Assembly: GCA_035362335.1 (NCBI GenBank)
Contig: DAOSDL010000009.1
Location: 208-64,207 of the forward strand
Reading direction: 5' to 3'
Source of the DNA: Bacteroidota bacterium
Lineage (GTDB): Bacteria > Bacteroidota > Ignavibacteria > SZUA-365
DNA length: 64,000 bases
The notes under the pieces are model-generated. The model did no database searches, had not been told where the DNA came from, and worked only from the letters and a program-made list of their open reading frames with translations. The stretch's first letter is position 1, and each line of letters starts with the position of its first letter. Made by a program: the position numbers and the translations under genes. Shown here in pieces: positions 38,233-47,653 of this stretch.

Positions 38233-40593
38233 ATGAAAGGATTTGTCACCGCCATCTGCACGCTGCTGCTTCTCGCCGCGGGCACGAAGGCGCAGGATGT
38301 GCTGATTCAGCGAGACAATGGTTCGGCGTACGGCGCGTATTACAACAATCCCTCATTCACCAACGAATCGGTGATCATCCCACTCGCCGGGCCCTGCCAG
38401 ATTCTGGAGGTGCATGTCTATTACATGGGCACGACGGCCACACGCGACACGCTGATCATTGCCGGCGATGCCTCGGAAGGCGCAGTGCCGCCCACACACT
38501 GGGTGTGGGATTACAATCTGCGCAGCGATCCCATTATCGTGGACTACGGCGGCCAAGCGGAGTGGAAGATCATCGATCTGCGCGCGCGCAATTTGCGGGC
38601 CGACGGACACGAACGTCTGGTGGTGCAGCATTGGACCAAGCCCGGCGGGCCGTTCTTCGCCGTGGACCGCGACGCGCAGACCACGCCGTACTGGTCGTTC
38701 ATCATGAATCCCGCCGAAACCAATTCGCTCGGTGGTCCTGGCAAATACTATCTCAGCACGAACGACTTCATGGTGCGCCTTCTGGTTCGTTACGACTATC
38801 CTCTGAACAACGGTTCGCAACCGCCTCCTTCGCCAAGTCTGGTGAATGTAACCACGCAGGCGGGCCTGCTCAGCGGCAACGCACCGGTAAAATCCGCCAT
38901 TGCTTCCGTGGCCGACTGGAACAACGACGGCTGGGACGACATCGCCATCGGCCGCAACTACTTCCGCAATCGTGGCGACGGAACGTTCGAGCGCGAAACG
39001 GGGCTGGGACTGAGTGCCGGCTACGCGGTGTGGGGAGATTTCGACGACGACGGACTCGTCGACGCCTACATGGCGAACGGCGGAGAAGCGGACAGTCTAT
39101 TCCGCAATACCGGCAGCGGCTTTGTGAACGTCACCGCCGCAACCGGCATACGCAATCCCGCGCCCACGGTGTCGCCGGTGTGGTTGGACTACAACAACGA
39201 CGGGAAGCTCGACCTCTTTCTGGCGAATGGTCGCCGTGAATCCGGAGGCAACGAGACCTATTTTCAGGACAAGCTCTGGCGCAACAACGGCGACGGCAGT
39301 TTCACCGATGTCACCACCGAAGCGGGCATCGCCGCGGCCGAAAAGGCGCCCTTCCTCGATACCTGGGGCGCCACCGCCTGCGATTACAACAATGATGGGT
39401 TGACGGATATATTCGTGGCGACGTATCGCCTCGCTCCGGATTACCTCTACCGCAACAACGGCGACGGAACCTTTACGGAGGTGGGCGCCGCCACCGGAGC
39501 GTGCGGCGCTCCCACGGCTTCGCCGCAGTACTTCGGCCATGGCATGGGCTGTGACTGGGGCGATTTCGACAATGACGGGTGGAGCGACGCCGCGGTGGGC
39601 AATCTCGGTCATCCGGACTGGAGGGGATCGGTGTCCAATCCTTCGCTCATTCTGCACAACAATGCGGGACAGACGTTTGAAAATGTACAGCCGCAGCTCG
39701 GGTTGAAATTTTACGAAATGAACAGCGGTATCGCCTGGGTGGATCTGGACAACGACGGCTGGCTCGACCTCTGGCAATCGCAATACGCCTATCAGCCCGC
39801 CGGTACGCAGGGCGAACCCGCACGCTACTCGCGCGTGTACCGCAACAGCGGCGCTCCCGACTACACGCTGCGCGACATGACCTGGCATTACGGCGCATTG
39901 ATCCATGGCGCCTGGACGGTGTCGCGCCTGGATTACGACAACGATGGCGATGTGGATCTGCTGGTCGCGAGTCCGCACGACGGGGTGCTGCTGTTCCGCA
40001 ACGACATCCGCCGCGAGGGTCGCTGGCTGGCGCTGCGTCTTGGTGGCAAGCCTGATGAGGGTGTGACGCGCGCCGCCTTCGGTACGCGCGTGCAGGTCCA
40101 TGCCGGAGGCCGCGTGTACACGCGCACACTGTCAACAAGCAGCGCGGGGTCGCGCGCGGCTACGCATAGCACCGAACTGTTCTTCGGCCTCGGCTGGGTG
40201 CAGTCCATCGACAGCGTGGTGGTGCTGTATCCCAATGGCGTACGCCGTACGCACGTCACGCTCTCCATCGACCGCCGCTATTTCCTGCCCTATGACGGCG
40301 CGCCGACTGTGGATGTGGAGCGCGTGGCGAGTCCGGCGCAGTGGGACATCGCTTCCGCATCGCTGAGCAACGGCCTGCTGCAATTCACGCTCGAAGGCGC
40401 TGTTCCGACGGAGGAAATGACCGTGGAGTTGTACTCCTTGCTCGGACAGCGGCTGTTCACGCTCGCGCTGCCCTTGGCTCGGGCGGGACAGCACGCGCTG
40501 TACGTGCCTGCGGCGCTCGCCAGCGGTTCGTACCATCTCGTGCTGCGCAGCGCGTCTGCCACACGGATCACACGCGTGCTCATGACGCGGTAA
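38233..40593 (+). CDS. FG-GAP repeat / UnbV-ASPIC (CRTAC1-like) protein with T9SS C-terminal sorting domain
   Basis: Repeated DxDxDGxxD (NNDGWDD, DDDGLVD, NNDGKLD, NNDGLTD, DNDGWSD, DNDGWLD, DNDGDVD). ASPIC-like tail. CTD ...SGSYHLVLRSASATRITRVLMTR. Confidence 0.75.
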   Translation: MKGFVTAICTLLLLAAGTKAQDVLIQRDNGSAYGAYYNNPSFTNESVIIPLAGPCQILEVHVYYMGTTATRDTLIIAGDASEGAVPPTHWVWDYNLRSDPIIVDYGGQAEWKIIDLRARNLRADGHERLVVQHWTKPGGPFFAVDRDAQTTPYWSFIMNPAETNSLGGPGKYYLSTNDFMVRLLVRYDYPLNNGSQPPPSPSLVNVTTQAGLLSGNAPVKSAIASVADWNNDGWDDIAIGRNYFRNRGDGTFERETGLGLSAGYAVWGDFDDDGLVDAYMANGGEADSLFRNTGSGFVNVTAATGIRNPAPTVSPVWLDYNNDGKLDLFLANGRRESGGNETYFQDKLWRNNGDGSFTDVTTEAGIAAAEKAPFLDTWGATACDYNNDGLTDIFVATYRLAPDYLYRNNGDGTFTEVGAATGACGAPTASPQYFGHGMGCDWGDFDNDGWSDAAVGNLGHPDWRGSVSNPSLILHNNAGQTFENVQPQLGLKFYEMNSGIAWVDLDNDGWLDLWQSQYAYQPAGTQGEPARYSRVYRNSGAPDYTLRDMTWHYGALIHGAWTVSRLDYDNDGDVDLLVASPHDGVLLFRNDIRREGRWLALRLGGKPDEGVTRAAFGTRVQVHAGGRVYTRTLSTSSAGSRAATHSTELFFGLGWVQSIDSVVVLYPNGVRRTHVTLSIDRRYFLPYDGAPTVDVERVASPAQWDIASASLSNGLLQFTLEGAVPTEEMTVELYSLLGQRLFTLALPLARAGQHALYVPAALASGSYHLVLRSASATRITRVLMTR

Positions 40594-40620
40594 GCGTCGA
40601 TGATCGATTTGATTGGTTTT

Positions 40621-40665
40621 TGAAAAAAAAGGAAACGCCGATTCTTTGCGGAATCGGCGTTTCCA
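40621..40665 (-). terminator. Rho-independent terminator between convergent genes (mainly for the minus-strand lipoprotein gene)
   Basis: Perfect 14-bp stem GGAAACGCCGATTC-tttgc-GGAATCGGCGTTTCC. AAAAAAAA on the plus strand becomes a U8 tract after the hairpin in the minus transcript. Confidence 0.7.
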
Positions 40666-40684
40666 CTTGTAATTCATCACGAAC

Positions 40685-41836
40685 TTACCTGGGATTGCTC
40701 AACTCGCGTGAAAGTGCGAGCGGACCGCTCAGTTTTCCTCGGGCGATCACGCGCTGGATTCCACCTCCGCGCTGAGCTACAATCCAGGCGTCGTCATTCT
40801 CGGTGGTCTTTGCGCGCATTGCAAACCAGGCGGCATCCGGACTGATGCTCAAGTCTTGCACCACAGCGGTGAAGGGCAGTAGTTCCGTCGCCGAGAGTCC
40901 GCCCGCAATGGGTCGGAGCAGCACCTCGGAACTATTCCAGTCGATGTATTCCGAACTGCCCGCAGTGACGCGGTGACTGGCATGCTCGAAGTAGGGCACA
41001 AAGCCAACTTCGCGCACGCCGAGTGAGGTGGCGTCGAAGGCCAAGGTGCGGAGATGCCTGCCCTGCTCGTTCCAGGCGGAAGCGTATAGCACTCCGGTCG
41101 CCGGATCGAATATGTTGTACCGAGTAAAGGTGAGGTCGGTGAACGTTTCGTATCCGGGAAAGGTCTCGAGCTGCCCGTTGCGATAACGCAGCAACGCGGC
41201 GAAGTTCCTCAGGTTACTATCCGCTGCCTGAACCACGATAATGCCGAGTAGGGCGGTCGCGCCGTCGGCCGAGAGCCACACCGCCTCGCAGCGGAGGCGG
41301 AACGCCTCCGACAATTCCGCAGGGAAGCGTTCACGCAAAAAAGCGGTGACGTCGGCACTTTCCATGCGCCAGGCCGCGCAATCGAACACGCAGATGCGCG
41401 CAGACCATGCGCTGCTGTCGGTGGATGTTTTCAGCTTGTCCCACACCACGAAGGCGGCGTGATGCCCGGCGCGTGAGAGAGCCGGCTCGGCCTCGTCCAG
41501 CAGCGCTTCGCGCTGCACATCCGACGAGATGGGCATGGGCACAGCGAGAATGCTGCCGTTGTCACAGCGTCCCCACAGCTGCATTCCCACAGCGCTGTGC
41601 GAGCGAAACAGCACGATGCCGTTGTCGGCCACGGTGCTCAGCCAGCGCACATCGCCTTCGAACACCGTCTCGTCTCGATGCGTGTACAGCCACTGCCGGT
41701 GCAGTCCTTCACCGCCAATGATATAGTAGGCAAATCGATCGGGTTGAACGTTATCCGCATCGTCGTCGCAGGCGAGGCAGAAGCACAGCAGCAGGGAGAG
41801 CAGTGCGATGCGCGATGTCATGGCGGGGGTCCTCAT
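40685..41836 (-). CDS. Hypothetical lipoprotein
   Basis: MRTPAMTSRIALLSLLLCFCLAC lipobox. No recognisable catalytic motifs. Confidence 0.5.
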   Translation of the reverse strand: MRTPAMTSRIALLSLLLCFCLACDDDADNVQPDRFAYYIIGGEGLHRQWLYTHRDETVFEGDVRWLSTVADNGIVLFRSHSAVGMQLWGRCDNGSILAVPMPISSDVQREALLDEAEPALSRAGHHAAFVVWDKLKTSTDSSAWSARICVFDCAAWRMESADVTAFLRERFPAELSEAFRLRCEAVWLSADGATALLGIIVVQAADSNLRNFAALLRYRNGQLETFPGYETFTDLTFTRYNIFDPATGVLYASAWNEQGRHLRTLAFDATSLGVREVGFVPYFEHASHRVTAGSSEYIDWNSSEVLLRPIAGGLSATELLPFTAVVQDLSISPDAAWFAMRAKTTENDDAWIVAQRGGGIQRVIARGKLSGPLALSRELSNPR

Positions 41837-41904
41837 GTTCACACAGGATGTTATTGTCATAATAGGGATTTTTGCGATTTCTTTTCGGCTATTAATTTCT
41901 GGGC

Positions 41905-42130
41905 TGGCTGAGTACGGGATACATTTGAAGAGATGAAAGAGAGCGGAGAGGATTTGTTGAGGTCGCATCCCCCCCGAATCCTGCGCCCCGCCGCATTCGA
42001 GCCAACGCAAGGACGGTAGAGACTCAAAGCCGCGATTCCTCTGAGCCCTCCGTGTTCGCGAAGCGCTCAGGGTTCTCTGGGCTAGCGAAGCTCGGTGTTC
42101 GCGAAGCGCTCAGGGTTCTCTGTGTTCCCG
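41905..42130. repeat. Small dispersed intergenic repeat (copy 2) with internal 45-bp tandem duplication
   Basis: GTGTTCGCGAAGCGCTCAGGGTTCTCTG occurs twice (42052-42079, 42097-42124). 5' part GAGTACGGGATACATTTGAAG matches the 22790 copy. Confidence 0.4.
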
Positions 42131-42200
42131 CGACGCCCCTCCTTACTCTCACCACCTCACTACTCTCATTCTTCATTTGCGTCTGAAACATTCGCCGCAT

Positions 42201-42220
42201 ATATTCGTCTATGCGAATAT
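42201..42220. promoter_or_regulatory. Putative ArsR operator (7-bp inverted repeat)
   Basis: ATATTCG-tctatg-CGAATAT, 16 bp upstream of the arsR ATG. Confidence 0.5.
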
Positions 42221-42235
42221 GCGAATGGATTTACC

Positions 42236-42619
42236 ATGACAAAGAAAGCAAGCACCGCCTCCTCTCTCGATGATCTCGTACTGCTCATGCAGGCGTTGGG
42301 CGATGCCAATCGTCTGCGTATACTCGCGCTGCTGATCGGCAGGGACGAGTTGTGCGTGTGCGACATTCAACGCGTGCTGGACATGCCGCAGCCCCGCGTT
42401 TCGCGCCATCTCAACATGCTGCGGCATGCGGGCTGCGTGCGCGCGCGGCGAAGCGGACGCTGGATGTACTACGCGTTGCGACGGGACAACGTGGCGCTGC
42501 TTGAATTGCTCGACGCGCTGAATCGCGGCTTCTCCATGTTGCCGGAATTCATTCACGACCGCAACTCCCTCGATCACACACCGGATCTGGTGTGTTGCAG
42601 CATTCCCCTCACCGACTAA
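42236..42619 (+). CDS. arsR: ArsR/SmtB-family metalloregulator
   Basis: wHTH with ELCVCD metal-binding motif. LGDANRLRILALL. Confidence 0.85.
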   Translation: MTKKASTASSLDDLVLLMQALGDANRLRILALLIGRDELCVCDIQRVLDMPQPRVSRHLNMLRHAGCVRARRSGRWMYYALRRDNVALLELLDALNRGFSMLPEFIHDRNSLDHTPDLVCCSIPLTD

Positions 42620-42628
42620 GGAAGGACC

Positions 42629-43702
42629 ATGAGCACCTCACCGCGCAAGCTCGGCTTTCTCGATCGCTATCTCACTGTGTGGATTTTTCTGGCCATGGGC
42701 GCCGGTGTGGCGCTCGGGCATTTCCAACCGGGTATAGCGGAGTTCTGGAACCGATTTCAATCGGGCACCACCAACATCCCCATTGCACTCGGGCTGATTC
42801 TGATGATGTATCCTCCGCTCGCGAAGGTGCGCTATGAGGAACTCGGTGACGTGTTCCGCAATCGTCGCGTGCTGCTGCTGTCGCTGGTGCAGAACTGGAT
42901 CATCGGTCCGGTATTGATGTTCGTGCTGGCGATCATCTTCCTTCCCGATCGTCCGGAATACATGACGGGACTCATTCTCATCGGTCTCGCGCGCTGTATC
43001 GCCATGGTGATCGTGTGGAATGAGCTGGCCTGCGGCGACAACGAATACGCGGCGGGGCTGGTGGCCTTCAACTCCATTTTCCAGGTGCTGTTCTATTCGC
43101 TGTACGCCTGGGTGTTCATCACCGTGCTGCCCACCTGGTTCGGTTTGGAAAGCATTGTGGTGAATGTGTCGATGGGCGACATCGCCGAGTCGGTGTTCAT
43201 TTACCTCGGCATCCCCTTTCTCGCGGGCATGCTCACGCGCGCAGCGTTGGTGAAGGCGAAGGGGAAGCAATGGTATCACGAGCGCTTCATCCCGCGCATT
43301 TCCCCCATCACTCTGATAGCGTTGCTGTTCACCATTTTCGTGATGTTCTCGCTCAAGGGCGAATTGATCGTGGAATTGCCCCTGGATGTACTGCGCATCG
43401 CCCTCCCGCTCCTGATTTATTTCGTGCTGATGTTTCTCGTGTCCTTTTTCATGGGACGCGTCTTCGGAGCGGATTATCCCAAAACAGCGACGTTGTCCTT
43501 CACCGCCGCGAGCAACAACTTCGAACTGGCCATCGCCGTGGCGGTGGCGGTGTTCGGTATCAGCTCCGGCGAGGCCTTCGCGGCCGTCATCGGTCCCCTC
43601 GTCGAAGTACCCGTGCTCATCGCTCTCGTCGCGGTGGCCTTGCGCCTTCGGGGGAAGTACTTCTCCGCCATTGACATTCGATTGAAAGGCGGCGCCTGTT
43701 GA
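42629..43702 (+). CDS. acr3: Arsenite efflux transporter, ACR3 family
   Basis: [24 protein letters not shown]-terminus. 10 predicted TM helices. RBS AAGGAAGG. Confidence 0.9.
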   Translation: MSTSPRKLGFLDRYLTVWIFLAMGAGVALGHFQPGIAEFWNRFQSGTTNIPIALGLILMMYPPLAKVRYEELGDVFRNRRVLLLSLVQNWIIGPVLMFVLAIIFLPDRPEYMTGLILIGLARCIAMVIVWNELACGDNEYAAGLVAFNSIFQVLFYSLYAWVFITVLPTWFGLESIVVNVSMGDIAESVFIYLGIPFLAGMLTRAALVKAKGKQWYHERFIPRISPITLIALLFTIFVMFSLKGELIVELPLDVLRIALPLLIYFVLMFLVSFFMGRVFGADYPKTATLSFTAASNNFELAIAVAVAVFGISSGEAFAAVIGPLVEVPVLIALVAVALRLRGKYFSAIDIRLKGGAC

Positions 43703-43773
43703 TCGCTCCGGCTCTTTCACGAGCCGGATACGGCACACAGCCGACGCTACACATTTTAGATCATGGAGCACAC

Positions 43774-45216
43774 ATGTCATCAACAGCATTTCACTCCGTT
43801 CTCGAAGACAGCGTACGCACACTCGCAACGCTCGAGGCCGATATTCCCGAAGCGCGACGCGACGTGTTGCGCGACATCGCGCAATGGATAGCGAAGCGAT
43901 GCAACGTCGGCGAGCGCGCGGACCTCGTGTTCATTTGCACACACAACTCCCGCCGAAGCCATATAAGCCAGATCTGGGCTCGCGCCCTGGCCTGGAAATT
44001 CGGCCTCGGCCGCGTGCGCAGCTTCTCGGGAGGCACGGAGGCGACAGCCTTCCATCCCAATGCCATACGCGCATTGCGCGAATTGGGTTTTTCCATCGAG
44101 TTGAAAGAAGGTGGCGACAATCCCCGCTACACCGTGTCCTTCGCCGGAAGCGCACCCACCATCGAAGCGTTTTCCAAAACATTCAACGACAGCTTCAATC
44201 CCTCGGCCGGCTTCGCAGCCATCATGACCTGCAACGAAGCCGACGAAGCTTGTCCGGTGGTGCCCGGCGCGGCTGCGCGGTTTTCCCTTCCCTCCATCGA
44301 TCCCAAACATGCCGACGGCACGGAACAGGAGACCGCGGAGTACCGCGAGCGCTCGTTGCGCATCGGAGCGGAAATGCTCTTTCTGATGCGACTGGCGTCC
44401 TCTCTGGTGGCGGAGGATTTGAAAAACGTGGTGCGTGAAAAATATGCGATGATCGCCGAGCAGTCGCGCGATCGCAATGCCTCGTCCTGCTGCGGCGCCA
44501 CATCGTCGTGCTGCGGCGACGGGATGACCTACACCATCATGGCCGATGACTACAGCGGTCGTGCGGGCTATGTGGAAGACGCCGATCTCGGTCTCGGCTG
44601 CGGCATCCCCACAGATGCGGCGCGGCTGCGTCCCGGCATGACTGTGCTGGATCTCGGCAGCGGTGCGGGCAACGATGCGTTCATCGCCGCGCGCAGCGTG
44701 GGCGATGAGGGACTGGTGATCGGCGTGGACATGACCGAGGCCATGATCGCCAAGGCCAATGAGAACAAAATCAAGGTGGGCGCTCGCAATGTGGACTTCC
44801 GTCTCGGAGAAATCGAGGCCTTGCCGGTGGACAGCGACAGCGTGGATGTGATTCTTTCCAATTGCGTGCTGAACCTCGTACCGGACAAGCGTGCGGCGTT
44901 TACCGAGATGCGCCGCGTACTCAAATCCAATGGGCACTTCGCCGTTTCCGATATCGTGCATGACGGCGATATGCCGCCGGCGCTGAAAAGCGTGGCCGAG
45001 CTGTACGCCGGCTGTGTGTCGGGCGCGATCCACAAGGACGAGTACCTCGCCTTGATCGCCGAAGCCGGCTTCACCGATGTGGAAATTTGCAAAGAGAAGA
45101 CCATCGATATTCCGGAGGATGTACTCCGCGAAGTGGCTTCCACCTTGCCCGACGACGTAGCCACATTGAACGCCACGCGCTTGCTGAGCGTTACTGTCCG
45201 CGCACGCAAGCCCTGA
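43774..45216 (+). CDS. arsM: Fusion protein: LMW-PTP-type arsenate reductase (ArsC) domain + arsenite S-adenosylmethionine methyltransferase (ArsM) domain
   Basis: N-terminal domain has CX5R P-loop VFICTHNSRRSHIS and the Cys pair CNEADEAC. C-terminal domain has VREKYA..SCCGATSSCCGDG cysteine pairs and SAM motif VLDLGSGAGND. Single uninterrupted ORF. Confidence 0.75.
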   Translation: MSSTAFHSVLEDSVRTLATLEADIPEARRDVLRDIAQWIAKRCNVGERADLVFICTHNSRRSHISQIWARALAWKFGLGRVRSFSGGTEATAFHPNAIRALRELGFSIELKEGGDNPRYTVSFAGSAPTIEAFSKTFNDSFNPSAGFAAIMTCNEADEACPVVPGAAARFSLPSIDPKHADGTEQETAEYRERSLRIGAEMLFLMRLASSLVAEDLKNVVREKYAMIAEQSRDRNASSCCGATSSCCGDGMTYTIMADDYSGRAGYVEDADLGLGCGIPTDAARLRPGMTVLDLGSGAGNDAFIAARSVGDEGLVIGVDMTEAMIAKANENKIKVGARNVDFRLGEIEALPVDSDSVDVILSNCVLNLVPDKRAAFTEMRRVLKSNGHFAVSDIVHDGDMPPALKSVAELYAGCVSGAIHKDEYLALIAEAGFTDVEICKEKTIDIPEDVLREVASTLPDDVATLNATRLLSVTVRARKP

Positions 45217-45267
45217 TCCCCGCACATTCGCGGATATCCGCACGCCCGGAGCGTTGTCGTCACGACG

Positions 45268-45300
45268 TTGTCGTCACGACGCTTCGGGCGTTGCTTTTCT
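45268..45300 (+). terminator. Weak candidate intrinsic terminator after the ars operon
   Basis: Short stem aCGCttcggGCGt followed by TGCTTTTCT. Stem only 4 bp. Confidence 0.2.
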
Positions 45301-45359
45301 GACCCTCGCGCCGTAACATGCCGCATGAACAAGGGTGCTCATTATCCGGAGTCCTCGCG

Positions 45360-45851
45360 ATGCGCACGGTATTACCGCTGCTCCTTCTGCTGATCTTCGT
45401 TGCCTGTTCGGGTGGCGAAACCAAACCCGCATTCACCAACTATCTCGAAATTCGCGCCGTGCTGGACGACGATCCTCTCGCAACGGTATTCAAGGACGAA
45501 GAGGGCGAGACGCTGCGCCTCGGCGACGCCGTGTTGCACGGCCGCAACGTGTCGCGCATGCAGGTAAAAGGCGGCAGCGACCGCTACGATCTGCTGCTGA
45601 CACTCACCGGCGCCGAAGATGCGCGTTGGCGCCGCTTTGCCCGCAGCCGCGTGGGCAAACCCGCCGCACTGGTGCTGGACGGCAGGGTGCGCACGGTGTT
45701 CAACATTGTCGATCCCGGTCAACCCGAAGAGGACAAGCTCCTTGTGCTGACCGTGCCCAATGTGGCGCAATCCCCCGATGGCGCGCAGCAGCTCGACACC
45801 TGGCTGGAAGCGAACAAGCCCGCAAGCAAACCGGCGAAGCGGGAGCAATAG
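45360..45851 (+). CDS. Hypothetical lipoprotein
   Basis: MRTVLPLLLLLIFVACSGG lipobox. 163 aa. Confidence 0.5.
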   Translation: MRTVLPLLLLLIFVACSGGETKPAFTNYLEIRAVLDDDPLATVFKDEEGETLRLGDAVLHGRNVSRMQVKGGSDRYDLLLTLTGAEDARWRRFARSRVGKPAALVLDGRVRTVFNIVDPGQPEEDKLLVLTVPNVAQSPDGAQQLDTWLEANKPASKPAKREQ

Positions 45852-45854
45852 GCC

Positions 45855-46457
45855 ATGCGCCGCGTACTGCTCTGGTCTGTTCTCGGCATTGCGGTGATCT
45901 TCACCGTAGTGCATTTCTGGCCGGAAAAAGTCATCGAACGCGAGCACGGCGTGCTCTGCCCCGACGAACCCGCGCAGACGCCCAGCACACGCAAGGCACC
46001 CTGGCTGCACGGGGATTTCATGATGACAGCGCTCGCCGACTACGACATTCGCGCACTGGTGCTGCACCGCTACGAGTATTCCAACGGCAAGGAGTCCGAA
46101 ATCTCGCCGGTGGATTTCGCGCTCGGCTGGGGACCGATGTCGGACATGTTTGTCGTGGAAAAGCTCGAGATCTCCCAAGGGCATCGCTGGTATCAATGGC
46201 GCGTAAAGGAATTGATGCCGATTCCCCAGCGCGACATCGAACGCTCGAGCGCCAATGTGCATATCATCCCCGCCACCGCCGATGTCGAGGACAAACTCGA
46301 CGACGTGTATCAGGGCAGCATCGTACACATGAAGGGCCACCTGGTGAAAGTCACCTCCGATGGCGGGTGGCATTGGGTCTCCTCCACCTCGCGCGACGAC
46401 ACCGGGCATGGCGCCTGCGAGGTATTCTGGGTGGATGAGATCACTGTTGAAAATTGA
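45855..46457 (+). CDS. Hypothetical N-terminally membrane-anchored protein
   Basis: TM segment LLWSVLGIAVIFTVVHFW. No recognisable motifs. 4-bp gap to the upstream gene. Confidence 0.45.
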   Translation: MRRVLLWSVLGIAVIFTVVHFWPEKVIEREHGVLCPDEPAQTPSTRKAPWLHGDFMMTALADYDIRALVLHRYEYSNGKESEISPVDFALGWGPMSDMFVVEKLEISQGHRWYQWRVKELMPIPQRDIERSSANVHIIPATADVEDKLDDVYQGSIVHMKGHLVKVTSDGGWHWVSSTSRDDTGHGACEVFWVDEITVEN

Positions 46458-46539
46458 CAACGATTGACGCACCTCCGCGCCGCCTCGGCAGACAGGGGCG
46501 GCGTGCATTTTCTCATTTCACACTGCAAGGAGCGTTGCC

Positions 46540-47325
46540 ATGTGGATTGCCGCCATCATTCTGATCGGAGTCGGTGGACTGCTGCTGTATTTCCGGAAGC
46601 GTACACAGGATCGATTGCTTGACATTCGTTTCGTGAAAACCAGCAGCATCGCCGAAACACTCGAGGAGCAGCGCGCCATCGCTGCCGAACTGGGTCCCGG
46701 CGGCTATGCGCAGCAGAAAGAATTCAAAGGCACGGTACGTTGCGATGCACCGCTCACCGGGGAGTTGTCAGGTCAGCCCTGCGTCTACTACACGATGAGT
46801 GTAGAGGAGCGCTACGAGGAAACGTACACCGAGCGCGACTCGCAGGGCAACACGCAGACACGCACGCGCACGGGCAGTGCCGTGGTGGCAAGCAACACGC
46901 AACACACGCGTTTTCTTTTGGACGATGGCAGCGGCAGCATTGCCGTGGACTTCGATGGCGCCAGCGTGGACGCGCGCAAGGTGGTGGAGCGCTACGAACC
47001 CTACGCGGGCGGCGGTGGTTCGCTGCGCGTGGGGAGTTTCACCCTGTCGCTGGGCATGGCTGCTGGTCCCCGGCGTGTACTCGGCTACCAGTACCGCGAG
47101 TCCATCATCCCGGTCGGCCAGGCACTGTACGCGCTGGGCGAGGTAAACGACAGCGGTGGCGAGGCGGTGCTGCGGCGTCCCGGGGATAAAAAAGCCCCGT
47201 TCATTCTTTCCATCAAGAGCGAAGAGGAACTCACCCGCGACAGCGAGCGCAGCATCACCTTTCTGCTCTGGGGCGCGGTGGGTTGTTTCGTCATCGGCGC
47301 AGTGCTGTTGGCACTGTCGTTCTGA
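46540..47325 (+). CDS. Hypothetical membrane protein with N- and C-terminal TM helices (GIDE-like architecture)
   Basis: TM1 WIAAIILIGVGGLLLYF and TM2 FLLWGAVGCFVIGAVLLALSF flank a ~200-aa soluble domain. Confidence 0.4.
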   Translation: MWIAAIILIGVGGLLLYFRKRTQDRLLDIRFVKTSSIAETLEEQRAIAAELGPGGYAQQKEFKGTVRCDAPLTGELSGQPCVYYTMSVEERYEETYTERDSQGNTQTRTRTGSAVVASNTQHTRFLLDDGSGSIAVDFDGASVDARKVVERYEPYAGGGGSLRVGSFTLSLGMAAGPRRVLGYQYRESIIPVGQALYALGEVNDSGGEAVLRRPGDKKAPFILSIKSEEELTRDSERSITFLLWGAVGCFVIGAVLLALSF

Positions 47326-47653
47326 GCCGGGTAACTGGCGCCTGCGCTGCGTGACAAACGCAACGTGACGGTATTAACGGGGCGAAGCAACACCGACCAT
47401 GTCATGTGTTGTCGGAGTGCCCTTTTCAATAAATGCTACAGCGATGTCACGCTGCACTGGCGCGTTCCTGGATTGTGACTTCCAACTTGGCAATCGCCCC
47501 GCCACTCCTGAACCTTTGCGCGTGATCGCATTTCGCAGCGGACAACTTCCGTCTCACGCATCTCATACACATTGCGAACGTGTTGCGAACACTTTGGATG
47601 TAGATTGACATGCGGCAATTTCGCCGTGATGTATCAACAACGTCGGTCGTCGC

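Noticed and set aside
47560-47600. TTGCGAAC direct repeat upstream of the IMPase/HisN-like gene as a his-type attenuator
   Set aside because: There is no leader peptide with His codons and no convincing terminator/antiterminator pair. It is just a short direct repeat.
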